Part shown: positions 49,101 through 62,817 of the stretch, one piece after another
How the letters are laid out: every line of letters starts with the position of its first letter
Position numbering within the stretch: position 1 is the stretch's first letter
Source: Macrostomum lignano
Taxonomy: Eukaryota
DNA: 64,000 bases
Assembly (NCBI GenBank): GCA_002269645.1
Contig: NIVC01003797.1
Span: forward strand, 1 to 64,000
Reading direction: 5' to 3'
The notes under the pieces: model-generated
The model's input: only the letters and a program-made list of their open reading frames with translations
What the model was told of the DNA's origin: nothing
Databases searched by the model: none
Program-made: the position numbers and the translations under genes

Positions 49101-51524
49101 ATCTGCAACCTAGGTTAGGCCTAGTTAGTGTAAGGCCAAGCCAAGGTAGGGGTATAAACCAAAAAAAACTAGCATAGGCCTAAGGCTAAGCTAGAGAATG
49201 GAGAGATAGGACTCAAAATTATCAAAAAATATTTATTTAGGCTACAGTCCTACTAATAATATCAGCTCATTTTTACCAATATTAAAATATGTAGTAGGCC
49301 TCTGAGCCTAAGAAATGAAGCCCTTATGTATTATTAAGTACTTTAATAAAGAACCAAGTGACTTCTAGTCAAGCAAAAAAAGCAACAAAGCAATAATTAA
49401 TAGGCCTAAAGCTACACTTCGTTTTTTTAATTCTCAACATTCTTTAAAAACTAGCCAGCCAGCTTTAGCCTTTAAGTCAAAGCTCTAACCTCTAAGCCTC
49501 TAAGGATGTGCAAGAGACTAGCTAGCTCTAGTTTACTTTATCTAGCTTAGGCTAAATCTTAGAATCCGACGTAGATCGAGATTAGAAACGAGAGGAAATC
49601 TTGGCAGGACTTTAAATAAGAGCGAACAAAAATTCTGTCCTTGGAAATTTTGCACGGAGCTAGTTTAATGTATTAAAACCCGCGCGTAATAATACGAACT
49701 TTAACCGATAAATTTGTTCGATTTTGTTATGATTTTTACAGGAATAAGCTAAACGTTTTAATAAAATATCAAATCAAGTTTTGATTCTAAGAAAAAAAGA
49801 TGCAAACAAGATGTGATCTTTTGCAAGTTGTAGATATTTTAGTTATTTTTTACTAAATTTTTACTAATAATTTATAAAATAAACAAATATATAACGACTT
49901 TCATAACATTATTTGCGTTTTCGGGACTTTATCTGATGATATTCAAATACAAATACAAATACAAAATACAAATACTCGTAGTCCGCGTGATTTAAAATTC
50001 TCATTGAAAAAAACTGCACTTTTTGTTGTTACTTGTCTCAACGACATGTAGGTATTTGAAACTTTCCGCTTTTTTATTAGAGCGCTGCTCAACTACACTG
50101 TGCTAGCTCCTAAATTATCTAAAAGCTATGCAAGGCCTTTGGCTAATCAAGTCAACGACGACGAAAGCAGTCTGGGGGAATCATTTACTGCTATGGACTC
50201 AATATCCAAGAATTTTTTACAATATTTGTTTTTTTAATATAAAATAATGGGAAATTTACATTGATGTACGTTCACTATTTTATGAATTTTTTTGTAAAAA
50301 TATTTATATAACACCTTACATCTGGCAATCATAAAAACTACGCTCGTATATATTTTTATTGATAACCCTGAAAACTATATTTACATAGTGGCTGTACACG
50401 GCAGTATTAATTGTACACGTAATTGATTATTTATCAGCGTTTTGTGCATGCATTTATTGCATTCTTCAACATCCTACACGCGAGTCCGTTTGAAACAATT
50501 AGAAATAAGAAAACTTACTATATGGCAAGCTAAGACTGCCTTTGTACGGACTAACTATATAGTTAGCAAAATTATTAACATGTAATTGTCATGCGTGAGC
50601 TAAAATGAAAACAAGTTGTTGCACAGTTCTATTACATTTTTCCAACTCCAGTTAATTGAATGGTTGTGAAAAGAAATTATTATATTAGTTTTATGTGAAA
50701 GTTGTTATTGAAAATTACGCTCGTACACACACACACACGTGCGAAATAAATGAGCTGGCATTTCAGACTTATTTTCGTCCCAATTTGCCGCAGATAATTA
50801 ACAATATGACATCGCGTGCAGAAAGGCCTTTGAATGCTGAAATATATTTTTCGAGACCTGCTTGTACGCTGAGGGATTGTTTCCGTACTCGCGCCCTTCA
50901 GCAATGTACTCAGCCATTGGGAATACGGATTCAGAGAGAAAGAGAGAGAATATAGCTAACTAAATGTAAAGTGGACGTGCAGATGGAGGCTGGGAGGTAC
51001 TCGGCTCCGATGGGGTGAAACAGTGTTTGGGGAGAAAGAGACATGAGCAAAAGAAAGAAAGGGAGAAAGAGATCCTGCAGAGAAAATGCACGGCAATGCA
51101 TGCGAGCACTGCAGGCTTAGTTCAGTCACAATAATCTCCATCGCCCTCGTGGGCTCACCCAAGCTCAAAACTCCAGTCGAACTTCGGAGTGAATTTCGAC
51201 TGCATGCTGGGGGTGGACAACGCAAGATTATACCCGTCGGACTGCACCTGAGGCGATCTGGAAGCCGATTCAAGCGATTTGCACTTTTTACTATCATTCA
51301 AAGGCAGAAATTCTGTTTAAACACCCAACACTGGCGAGGCGTTCCAGTGGCAAACTACTGGGGCTGGTATGTAAACATTTTTGCCTGCCAGCTCTGTCCG
51401 GACTGAACAGAGAGCCGACCCGAGTACCGGAATGGCAACTGGCTGTTGCCAAGACGACCTCTGCCTGAGGCCTCGCCGTGGCCAGAGCCGCAACTTCACA
51501 TCCATAGCAACCAACAGCTTAGCC

Positions 51525-54500
51525 ATGTCGGTTGACCACGGCCTGGACTCTGTTGTCGGCGACTCAGTCGAGGACGATTTCGTAGAAAACGAATCGCTGC
51601 TGAATCGTCGAGCGCTCAGCGAACCAGCCGGAGACGGCGGCTCAAGTGGAGACGATGAAGACGGTGAAATATACGATGTTGGTGGGGATTTGCCTCATCA
51701 AGACGATGGCGAAGCAAGCTGGCTAAGCAGTGGTACATTCAGCAGCTCGGCAGCAGTGACAGCAGCTGCCAGTGGCTCCAGCAGCCGCTGCTTGTTTCCC
51801 ATCGCGGAAGCTGACGCAGCGTCCGGCTCTTCGGGTGAGGCGCCCAGCTGCTCAGGCGACATCCCTGGCGCGGACTCACTGTCGCCGCTGTCACCGCAGG
51901 AAGACTTGGAATTCAAATATCGTCTGGTTAGCGACACCAACTCGGAAATCTTTTTTATTAGTAAGTTTCTCCTAAACTACAACTACAGACCTTAGTCCCT
52001 TATAGCTCTTACAGCCAGATGCGGTTTCAGCCGCTCCAACGGCCCGTGCGCTACTCATGCTTTAAGCCTGAAAGGTGAACCCGATCATTGACGACACCCA
52101 ATAGCTTTGGAGACATATTGGGAGCTTGCTTGGCTTGGCAGCGGCAGTTGCAGTGAAAAATGGGCTTGGCTATGCAAACATTGGAAAGTTGGGAGCTCGT
52201 CTTTTTAGAATTCCTTTCGTAGTTCCAAGTCCCTGTTCTCCCCTACAGCAAAACTGATATATGCATGTAGTGCACCTTGGCCTGGGCAGGGAGACGCCCA
52301 TGCAATTTCCCTTTGTCGCTTTCTCCCCTTCCAGTTCAGCTTACGGGGGGGTGGCAATAAAATGGATTGCCAGCACCAGCAGCCACTCCGAAATCAAGGG
52401 AATTAATGATCACTGTGTCCCCCAGGAGTGGGAAAAACATGCTTGTCTAACGCTGCCGGCTGTACACTGCAGAAGTCAGGTGGCATTCTAGCTCTGAGCA
52501 TAGTGCCCGATGAACAATGGCTATTGGCGAAGTGTCCCCCCACCCCCGATGTGTATCTGGGCGCCTCTCAAAGCAGCTAAGCAACTACTCCATGCCGTCC
52601 CAGTGCCTTCTTCGCACCGTCCGCCTCATTTTCCCTTTCCCTCCCCAAAGCTGTCACAGTGGAATCCCGCGACCGCAGTTCTGCACTCTCTTTCTCTCCC
52701 AGTCGTTTCGGGGACAAATCAGTCTTTTTCAGCAGACTTATAAGGCAGAGCAGGGTGCGGGCCCCGGCTTAGCCAAGTTCCCACACATTATCAACGGGAC
52801 CGGATAAGGCCGAGGTAAGTCCGCGACTTTTCGATTCTCGCACACAGGGATTTTGTTGCAAGTTTGAGTTAATGAAGGCTTACATTGGGAGATGACACCG
52901 TGTATAAAAAGTAACTCTCTTGTGATTAACCACGATTGTTTACGTTGGCCATTGGTATACCTGGAGATATAAAATGCATAGCAAACTGTATATCGCCTTT
53001 CCCCAGCCCTGTCTCAACAAGAATTGGATGCGATCAAATTGCACGCTAAGGTAAACAATCCCAGAGACTACAGCGAAACAGTTCACAGAATGGCATTTTT
53101 ATCGTTTCAGACTCTGCGGAGATCGACTGTACAACTGAACAGGACGAGGAGAACATTTTGGTGAGTGCTGCAGCGTCTAACTTTGTTTCAGTGTGTTGTG
53201 TGCGCTCGTAGTAGAAAGAACGGCGTCACAGGGTGCGCCTTGAGGCCTGGGCGCGAACGAAGGCCACGATTCCGACTGAATCCGGGGCGCCGGCGTCAGC
53301 CAGGAGGCAGTCGACGAAACGTCCTCGCCGGGGTATAGGGTTGCCAGAGAGTCAGTTCACCCTGCTGTGATTGGACAGCAGCTTTGAGCTGCGATAGAAC
53401 ACAGGGTATAGGGTAGGAGTTGCCATTCCTCAGTCTCAGCGCTCTACCAGCTGTACACAGCCTTCGGATATGGCGCGCAATTGCTGCGGCTGAGACGTTG
53501 GCTGTAAGCATAGAGGTTTCAGAACCCGAAATACTCTAAGGAAATAAAATCGCAACTTCTCAAACTCTATCTAAAATATTTATTTACATAGAAGTTTTAG
53601 TTAGATATTTTGGAGAAAAATCGGGACTGTGCTTCTCTACATTCTTTATATAAGCCTCATAAAAGTAACTTCTATAGGGGGCAGGTGTACTTCGACTGTA
53701 TGTACAGTATTAAAGAGGCCTCATGACTTAACTCACAGAGATTAGTCTATAGCAACAAGGCACTTAGCAATCTATTGGAATTTTTATACACGAGAAATCT
53801 AAGGGCAAAGCAAAGCAGAGCAGAAAAAAGGCAGGCAGCATTGTACGCGCAGCCAAGGTGGGACAGCACGCAATCGACATTCAGCATTCTGTTTCATCAT
53901 TTCTTTTTCACGCATATGCATTGGAGCTTCCGTCTTCTGAGCTTTTTCAAAGTCCTCAATAACTTATGAGACCAATTGTAGCCGACCCGGAGGCTTGACT
54001 AAATTGGGAACAGAAATAGTCAAATCGCATTCTCATCAGATTCCGGCATGGCATTGAGTCGTTCATTAGACAGCGGAGCAGGAGAACAACTCGCTTAGAC
54101 TGGCTGCATGCGCTGACCCTTGATTCAGTACAGAACTGAATCTCCTCGTTAAGGGTAAAACAGATTAGTTGAACTTATTTATATAAAAGGAGAAACTTTA
54201 GAAGCATCTTTGTACATGTACATGCTACGCGTAGATTGAGATGAACCCAGGCGCAAAGCACTCCAGCTTCCTGAATAGTGAACTTTCTAAACACAAAATT
54301 TCTGAATAGAATCATGAATAAATTCACTTGAAGTGCCTCTAAAAGCTGTCAGTAACTTCTCAGCGCCCTCTGCAGCATATTGAACACAATCTCCTCCTGG
54401 TACCTGGTATATTGCCAGGAGCGGGCTGTGGAAACCACATGAAAGGGCCCAGAAAGAGAAGCCATGCAGGAAATCGGAGACAATTGAACCACGATGAAGG

Positions 54501-57500
54501 AAAGGCCGAGCCTGAATAAACAAAAGAGAAGCAGGCAAAGAGCACACAAAGCCAGATGATCGGCTGCTCAGCAGAAAAGACCAAGCCGGCTCCCACAGCC
54601 GCCTTCTTCCTGCACAGGAGAATTTTCACTCGCTCTATAGTTTTCATTGCTGGGCCATCCAAACAGCAGCAGCAGGCCAAAGGGATTGGGGCTGAGCAGG
54701 GATAGGGGCAAGCAGAAATAGCTCAGACTGAGTTGAGCCAGACCAGCACGGCTGGGACGGCTGGCAGCAACAGACCCCGGTTGAAGAGGGGAAACTTTTC
54801 TCCCCCAGCTCCCAGCGTAAGCGTATAAAGCAGCCCTCCAGTTAATCTTCTCCCATCTGGTAAAAAGCAGATAGCGCGCGTAACAACAGTTTTCTAAATT
54901 GCTATTGTTGCAGAGCATCGCAGATTGTGATGCTGACGCATCAGATTTTGAGTCACCGATAGCCGAAATGCAACAGAGACGCAGGGACCGAGGCGGCATA
55001 GCCATCCGGCACCGTCTGAGCGCCATCAGCGAGGCTTCCGACGACCGAGCGACGAGTTCAGCCGATGACGAGGAGATCAACACCAGCATTGCCGAGGTGC
55101 GAGAGTTTCACGAGCAGTTCGGCCGTGACAGCGGTGGCAGGAGCAGCGCCAGCCATCGCTCCGGCAAGCGATTCGCAACGCTGATGCGACCCCAACCGGA
55201 GGGTCTGGCCGGCGAGCCGCTCACGCAGCGGGTGACTCAGCTGGATGAGCAGCGCGATTACCAGCCAGCACTGCTCGGCCTTCCAGGACTTCCAGCAGGT
55301 GAGCTGAGGTTTCATTTTGACCAGCAACTGAGAGCCAATGAAACTAAAAACTGTCGCAGACAGTCTTTTGCTTTCGTTGAATATTTTCCGCTTTCCTAGT
55401 TGCTACCTCAGCAAATATCGATTTCAGGGCTAAGCTAGTACTCACTAAGGGGTTTTCGACGTATTAATTTGCATTATTTATGCGCCCACGAGACCCCAAG
55501 TGTTCCAGGCAGTTTCGTGTGATTTACTCAGAATGTAACTGGACCAACTAGCATTACTAGACCGGCCAATTGGTGTGGGAAAGTCCAAACTAAATGCTCT
55601 CGGGGCCCAAAGTATGCGAGAAAGTTGAGCCTCACCAGCGAATTCTTCCACTCTCTTCTCTCTGCCCTCTCAGGCGGACTCGTGACCGCCGTAGCCTCGT
55701 CAAGTGCTCGAATTTTGGACTGCACTTCAGCCACCGCGCCTGCGGCTGCAGCCTCGGAGGAAGAGGTGGAGGTGCGCGTGACCGCGGAGGCCACGGGGCC
55801 CAATCCCAGCGTGGCGCTGGCCAGGGCGGCCGCCAGGGCAGCCGGAGCTGCTAGTGCGGCAGTGAAAAAGAGCCGCAGCGTTCGAAGCCATTGCGTGAAC
55901 GCGTCAGAAGCGGAATCGGAGTACCGCATCTTCATATCAACTTCTTGCACACTGCGAGAGCCGCAGCGCCTAGACGGAGACGGCAAGCTGAAGAACGTAA
56001 TGAGCTCCACCCAACCTCCCACAGAGGAAGACATCGTAGAAATTTTTCAAGTGGCACCTGAGCTGCAAGAGTACCAAAGGTGGGCTGTAACTGGGGCCGG
56101 CGATGTTGAGTTCACGTTCATATCGGACAGCGAGCCTGGCTCACCGACTCCGGACGTGGAGGAAAATCCACAGCCGAGTTCGCGCTCGCAACAACAGTCA
56201 GCGCTTCTGCAGGCGACACCAGGTCAACAGCAAGAGCAGCAGCAGCAGCAGCAGAGAGGACGGTTGCCTGGTCCGAATTCGCTGCAGGCTGACCAGCGCA
56301 GGCTGCAGGCTGCTCGAGATGCCTACGCTGCCGTGAAAACGGTACCCGCGAGGCCCCGACCAAGTCTATCGCTGCCCCGTCTGAGCAATTCCGTCAGCAA
56401 TGGAGCGGCTGGCGCCACTTCAGTGGTAAATCATCAGCGTTGGAGTGACGTCAGCACGAGTTCTGGCAGCCTTCGCCAGCTTCGACGGTTACTGGGTGAC
56501 GATGAGGCTGTTTACGCCTCCCATTCGATGACGGATGGACTGGTGGTGGATCAACAGCAAAGTCGAGAGCTTCAGCAGCGCTCGCAGCCATCAGTAACTG
56601 CTCCGAAGTCGGTGTCCCTGTCTGACCTGTTGGATTCAGACGTCGGAAACAGTGGTAGCATCGATGCTGATGTGTCGCATTCATGCGCTTCTCTGTTGGA
56701 AACCGACAATATCAACACATTAACTTCTAATGAGTCCTTGAAGCAAAGCCTTAAAAGACTAAAATTGCCCTCTAGCCGTCGGGCCGCCGCCGATCAAGCC
56801 AAAGTTAGAAGCGCCAGCTTGTTCTTTGAGTGGTTGGAGCAGAGAGCGAATTCAGAGCGCGAGCGGAGCATCTGCCGTTCTCTGACTCGACTGGAAGCTC
56901 CAGTCTGGCTGGATAACCTTGCTAAAGACGCACCGGGACCACTAGATACGTCTCTCCGAGTCAAGGAGAACCGGAACTCATGGAGACCGTCAGCTACATC
57001 AATCGAGCCATCGTCATTGATAAAGGGCAGCGTTGATGATATTACTTGGAAAACGCGTCCGATACACGGCAGTCTCAGCTTACCAATGCGCCTGTCCAAG
57101 CAAACCAATCGAAGCTCAGATCATGGAAAAGCCAGTAGCACTGATGGAAATTTAAGGATCAAGCAGACAAGTGCAGGGACCGATCGACTCGATGGCAGCA
57201 TCAGCAACCGAGCTCGCTTCTTTACAGAGAGCAGTCTCAGCCGGCAGGTGCGTCAGGCAGCGGCCGCTCAGCCAAGGCCGCCAACACTCTCAGAGCTCGC
57301 GGCCAGATTGCACCGGCCGCCACTGTTGCCCGTGACTCTGACGCCTGAAGATTTCCAACCGAAAGCTCGGGCTCAAACTATGCCTGAGGAGATTCAACCA
57401 ATGAGCAGCTCCGACGCATCAGCAGGTCAAAAGCGGGACTCGGGCGCTTCTATGGCCTCGCTGACATCCTCGTCATCAACGACGTCGACATCCTCAAATT

Positions 57501-58998
57501 CTCAGTCATCGTCTGCGACGACTAGTAGCGAGACAGGAAATTCGGAAGCAGCAGAGAAGACAGAGGAGTCCACAGTAGTTCAGACGTCAATAGTGCAGGT
57601 GTACACTCGAGTCCTGCATCCCACTGTTAATCACGGACCAGTGACGCAACACTCGGATGCCGAGCTGCTGCCGGGGCTTCTAGCGTGCCAGGTAGACCCG
57701 ACGGGACCATCGACCGAGAACGATCTGATGACGGCACCGAAGCTGTTGAAGCTTGCTGAGGCTCAGATCGAGCGTCAACGCAGCAGACTTGCCGAGTGGC
57801 AGAACGATGCCGCCGAAGGTCGACCAACAACCGCACGTCAAGAGGAGCTGCTGGCCGTCAATGACGAAGTGCTACGCTACTTTCGTGTCAACAGCGGGGG
57901 GCCTGACCGTGCCGATCGTCGTCCGGAGTCTCCTTCGCTAGCCTACGATGACGTCTTGCAGGTGCTGGGTGACTATGAGGCCTCCAGCAAACTTTCTCGT
58001 GTCCTCGTGGCCCTCAGCGGAACTAGAGAGCGGAAGTTGCAGCAGCCTCAGAGAAGTCTGGCCGAGGCCTGCCATGGCGTGATACGAGAAGGTCAGCACT
58101 ACTTATTGGAGTGCGCCAACCCGTCTTGCGCTCGTCGCTGTGACCTTGACAGACGTCTTGCTAACGGCTTCCATTCCTGTCGAGAGTGCCGCACATTTTA
58201 CTGCAGCCAAAAATGCCGCTCCGATCATGCTAGAGCACATGGCCGCTCCTGCTGCTGGAATCGAAGAGTGGACGCCTGCAAGAGGGTCATCGCTGGCTGC
58301 CTTCTTGCCGACACTTCACCTGCAGTGGTGCTACTCTCGCGTCTGGCCCGCGCCTCCTCTCGGAGCTTCGGTTGGCGCGGATGTCTCCTGTTGGCACTTC
58401 GCGATTCAGCCGCGGCTGCCCGATTCGTAACAACCGATGGCAAAGAAGGGCTGATGCGCCCTCCGGCGCTGCTCGACCTGTCAACTCTCTCCGGCGACCT
58501 GGCCGACGCGAGCAAATCCTGCAATCCGGACGCCGCCTTTGTTGTCTGCGTTGTCGTTGGCACCGGCGTCAAGTGGGCGAAACTCCGTCTGTCGGCGAGG
58601 ACAAAACAGACGCGGATACAACCGAGGAGGACGCAGACGCGGACCGCCGGCGCCGCTGGGCCTACCTGTCGCGGGTGGAGCGATTGCTGCGCGAGCGCGG
58701 CGTCAGCCTTCGCCGCCAGTTTCCGCAGCTACGAGAGCGGCTCGTCGCCTACGCGGAGACCGGGGCGCCGTTCCTGCCAGCCGTGGTCTACCCCACCGAC
58801 AGGGCCACCGGGCGGGCGTTTGCGTGCCGCCTGGCGCCCGACCGCGAGCCGGAACTCGAATGGGTGCCTCTCGCCGTCGCCGTTGCGCCTGAGGAACCAG
58901 CAAGTTCAGTCGGCGAAGTCGTGGGCGATGCGCCACGAGCAAAGCAGCGGCAGCCGCCGTTTTATCGTCGCCGGCGGGTTGTGTCCACCGACCTGTAG
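51525..58998 (+). CDS. AJM1: Apical junction molecule (AJM1/AJM-1)-like protein with MYND-type zinc finger, about 1400 aa if the frame break at about 58590-58600 is corrected; exons 51525..51960, 53111..53160, 54914..55298, 55674..58998
   Basis: Three GT-AG introns with matching phases 1/0/1. Long Ser/Gln-rich disordered region, then ECANPSC...CRECRTFYCSQKCRSDH..AH..SC (MYND-like), SRLAR......RGC, VKWAKLRL, and in the adjacent frame RERGVSLRRQFP.L...L..Y.E....F.P..VYP.D..TG..F.C.L.P..EP, recalled as the AJM1-family C-terminus. An alternative in-frame ATG lies at 51432. Confidence 0.75.
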
Positions 58999-60913
58999 CT
59001 TACAGTTTCCTATGCAGATCATAGTTAATTATGCTTTTGTAGAATAAAAACTCTTATTTTGCTACTATTACTAGTAGACTGGCTAGTGAAAACCGAAAAT
59101 GTTTTTAGCATATATCTTGATTCTGATAAAGCAAGAAAATAATTTGAGAGTTTGATGATGAGGATAAGGGGGATGGTGACAATACCAGTCATAAAGGTCT
59201 TAGCATACTTTGTAAACAAGAGCTCTTAGAATCTCAGAAGCATATGCTTCATTTAAGCAAGGTAGTCATAAAAATCCGTAAATATTTATATTTTTGATAG
59301 CTGCGTCAAGTTACAAAAGTTTGCTATTTTTTTCTATCGCCGGATTTAGTCTTCTGCCATTTTTCATCGATCACTGCATCCGAAAGCATGAACTGTTGTA
59401 AGATTTTTATTGTTTTCATTTCATCATCTTATCTATATAATTTTCGAGATTCTTTTGCTATGAATAAAGTCGTTTTACCCCGCTGTGCGAAGATTAAGTT
59501 ATCTAAATAACAACATCAGTAATAGCAGGTGGCTAAATCACCATTTAGATTTTCAGCTGTTACGCAACAAGAGTGTTGGCTTCATTGAAAACCGTGATAT
59601 GAAGATAAATAAACTGCGTTTTAAAGGCTGGCCAATTATTCAATACAGTATATAAAAAGGTCTTTTGATTTGAAAAGCGAGTTTCCGCTCCGTAAAAATG
59701 ATATCTGGTGATTAAAACAAAATGATATGACATTTTACCGATTAACGAGCATTGAAAACAGCCACCAGCTGGACGAGACTTTTCACAGGTTTAGAACACC
59801 CATGAGGCTCACTGTGGGGCTCACGGATATCCAGCTGGTGGCTCGCATTCTGACATATGCTACTGAAGTTCTGATAAAGACTACGCATCTTATAATCCTA
59901 GTGAAACTCTCGCGGCCAGAGACTTCTTGATGGCACTACTATAGATAACCGCAGTATTTGTCTATCTCAAGCTCGCTGTGACTAAAAGCCTTAGCCGCTG
60001 GTAGCTGATATATTTTTGTAATTTATAAATGAGTCAGTCTGAGTTGTACAGAGCTTTTCCTGTCGAGAATTATACCCACCAGCTTGAAGTCCTGACGGCA
60101 ATCCCTGAAGTTTATTCTGACCAAGCGAGTGCGCGCTAGCGCACGAGTGCACGATGTCCTTCACGCACGAGTGAACGTGAAGGAATTCCATTGTCGGATG
60201 ATTCATCGTGCAGGAATGCACAAAACCGTGCAGGAATGCATTTCTGCGCCTAATGCTTTTTCAGTGAGATTTTACCATAGACATCCATTCCTGCACGCAA
60301 AAGAGTGCAAGAATGCCATTCTTGCATGGAAAATCAGCCGACAATGGCTTTGCATAGCAGTGTCAGAGTGGCAGCGATAGTCTATGGCCAGCCCTGCTGA
60401 CAAAGACAGCAGAAGCGGATTTTTTCATGCTTCGGCGTGAAGGAGATCTATTAGCACCATCTAGTCAGTGAAAAAAATATAAACCAGTTTAGACTGGGCA
60501 TACATTGTGTTTTGACACACTTTTTCAAACGGGCACCTTAAAATTTCAACAGTTGTGTCGGCTTTGCATCTCGATTATACTTGGCATCTTCGTAGGCTCT
60601 GTCACGAGACTGTCCTGACACCGAGTACGAATCGTCGGGGCTTTCAATGATTTCTGCGATGACTTCTCCCAGGCTTGAGTTTAGTAATCTTCTGAATGCC
60701 CTCAGCAGTGGATGACGCTGCTGTTCCCAGCTTGCTGTCTGGTTTCTTCGCTAAAAAAAGCATCCGTAGCTCGTATCAACTTTGCTGCTCGACTTCTCAA
60801 ACAGGAACAGACGCAACCCATTGCGTTTAACTCGCTTAAATCGCCTTTGCAATGTTGGATCTGCACTCGGCTCGATCCAGGTGCAAACAAGTCTTTTCAA
60901 TACGAGTGCAAGG

Positions 60914-62817
60914 GGTCTACGATGTTTGCCTGCCGGACGTTTACCAGCCGACGTTTGCCTGCGGGACGTTTGCCAGCCGACGTTTGCCAGCCGACGTTTG
61001 CCAGCCGACGTTGGCCAGCGGGACGTTTGCCAGCCGACGTTTGCCAGCCGACGTTGGCCAGCGGGACGTTTGCCAGCCGACGTTTGCCTGCGGGACGTTT
61101 GCCAGCCGACGTTTGCCAGCGGGACGTTTGCCAGCCGACGTTTGCCTGCGGGACGTTTGCCTGTCGACGTTTGCCTGCGGGACGTTTGCCTGCGGGAAGT
61201 TTGCCAGCCGACGTTTGCCAGCGGGACGTTTGCCAGCCGACGTTTGCCAGCGGGACGTTTGCCAGCCGACGTTTGCCAGCGGGACGTTTGCCAGCCGACG
61301 TTTGCCAGCCGACATTTGCCTGCGGGACGTTTGCCAGCCGGACAGTCGCAGGCGGCAATTGGTTAAAGAAGTATGCCCTCTCTAGGCTTACAACTTGCAT
61401 TTGAAAACTGTGGACATAGCACTAATAATTCCACTTTGCTGCCTACTAACTGCTATTAAATATACAGGTTACTACGCTCGTAACAAACTACTTAGAACTT
61501 AGAACGCTCTTCGTCTTATTGATATTTTAGGTAGGTTTTAGTAACATGCATGTATGTACCAAAGCAACTGATGTAACCAAAACTAGCAGAACTAGCAGAA
61601 CCAAAGCGTCACTGACAATAAAGTCAGTGACATTGTTCTACAATCTACATATATGTAGGCTTAGCCATGACATGCAAAAAAGTTAAAATTGACATAATTC
61701 ATGATTCATTAGGCTTAGGCCTACACCAGGGTTAAAAATTTAGACCTATACAGCTGTTTTTCTAGAAGATGCGAACCGATTCTGGTTCTGGAATTGGTAA
61801 TGTGAAGAGGCTTCAGGCCGGATCATAGAGGCTTTTCATAGGCCTATTACCAATTCCAGAATTAGAATTGGTTCGGATCTTCCAAGAAAAACAGTAGTAT
61901 AACTAGGGCCTATTTAATTCTGTTGAATGTTTGACTGCCTTAACAACCTCACTTAGCACTATTTTTCACTTTCTTCTTGGCGATTGTCATTCAATAATAA
62001 AAACTTTATAGCATGTATCTCCCTCTAGTTATGGAGACAAAAAGTTATACTTCACAAATTGGTTCTGGTTCTGGGAACAGAACCAGACACCGAACACAAA
62101 CACAAACACCGAATTCAAATTTTCAAATTATTACGCACTACTCAAAACTCCTAATGTTGGTGTTTTATTTTTATTCGCAATCAATAAAATATTATTTCGC
62201 CACTCAGCTGAAAATGGTGGGGCATACACGAAACTTTTTACGAGTATATATTTAGTTTTTATAATGTTACAACTGCTAAATATAGCATAAATATATATAG
62301 CTAAATATATAGCAGTTGGCTGGCAAATGTCGGCTGGCAAACGTCCTGCAGGCAAACGTCCTGCAGGCAAACGTCCTGCAGGCAAACGTCCCGCAGGCAA
62401 ACGTCGGCTGGCAAACGTCGGCTGGCAAACGTCGGCTGGCAAACGTCCTGCAGGCAAACGTCCTGCAGGCAAACGTCCCGCAGGCAAACGTCGGCTGGCA
62501 AACGTCGGCTGGCAAACGTCCTGCAGGCAAACGTCCTGCAGGCAAACGTCCTGCAGGCAAACGTCCCGCAGGCAAACTTCGGCTGGTAAACGTCGGCTGG
62601 CAAACATCGGCTGGCAAACGTCGGCTGGCAAATGTCGGCTGGCTAACGTCGGCTGGCAAACGTCCCGCAGGCAAACGTCCCGCAGGCAAACGTCGGCTGG
62701 CAAACGTCCCGCAGGCAAACGTCGGCTGGCAAACGTCGGCTGGCAAACGTCGACTGGCAAACTTCCCGCAGGCAAACGTCGGCTGGCAAACGTCCCGCAG
62801 GCAAACGTCGCTATCCC
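60914..62817. mobile_element. Foldback/Merlin-like non-autonomous DNA element, 1904 bp, with long modular inverted arms of 14/15-bp repeats
   Basis: Left arm (about 60920-61340) GACGTTTGCCAGCC/GCGG units; right arm (about 62325-62810) is their reverse complement. GG..CC termini; 8-bp direct repeat GTGCAAGG at 60906-60913 and 62818-62825. Confidence 0.85.
61748..61900. repeat. Imperfect inverted repeat, about 55-bp arms around a loop of about 45 nt
   Basis: CTGTTTTTCTAGAAGATGCGAACCGATTCTGGTTCTGGAATTGGTAAT pairs with ATTACCAATTCCAGAATTAGAATTGGTTCGGATCTTCCAAGAAAAACAG. Confidence 0.8.

Noticed and set aside
50133-50153. GGCCTTTGGCTAATCAAGT resembles the 5' part of U2 snRNA
   Set aside because: Short gapped match with no branch-recognition GTAGTA or Sm site following; compatible with chance.
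53225-53300. GC-rich structured segment in AJM1-like intron 2 considered as tRNA/ncRNA
   Set aside because: No cloverleaf, no TTCGA T-loop and no A/B boxes; only a small hairpin.
54360-56034. Antisense ORFs overlapping the AJM1-like gene
   Set aside because: Shadow ORFs of GC-rich coding exons with no independent support.
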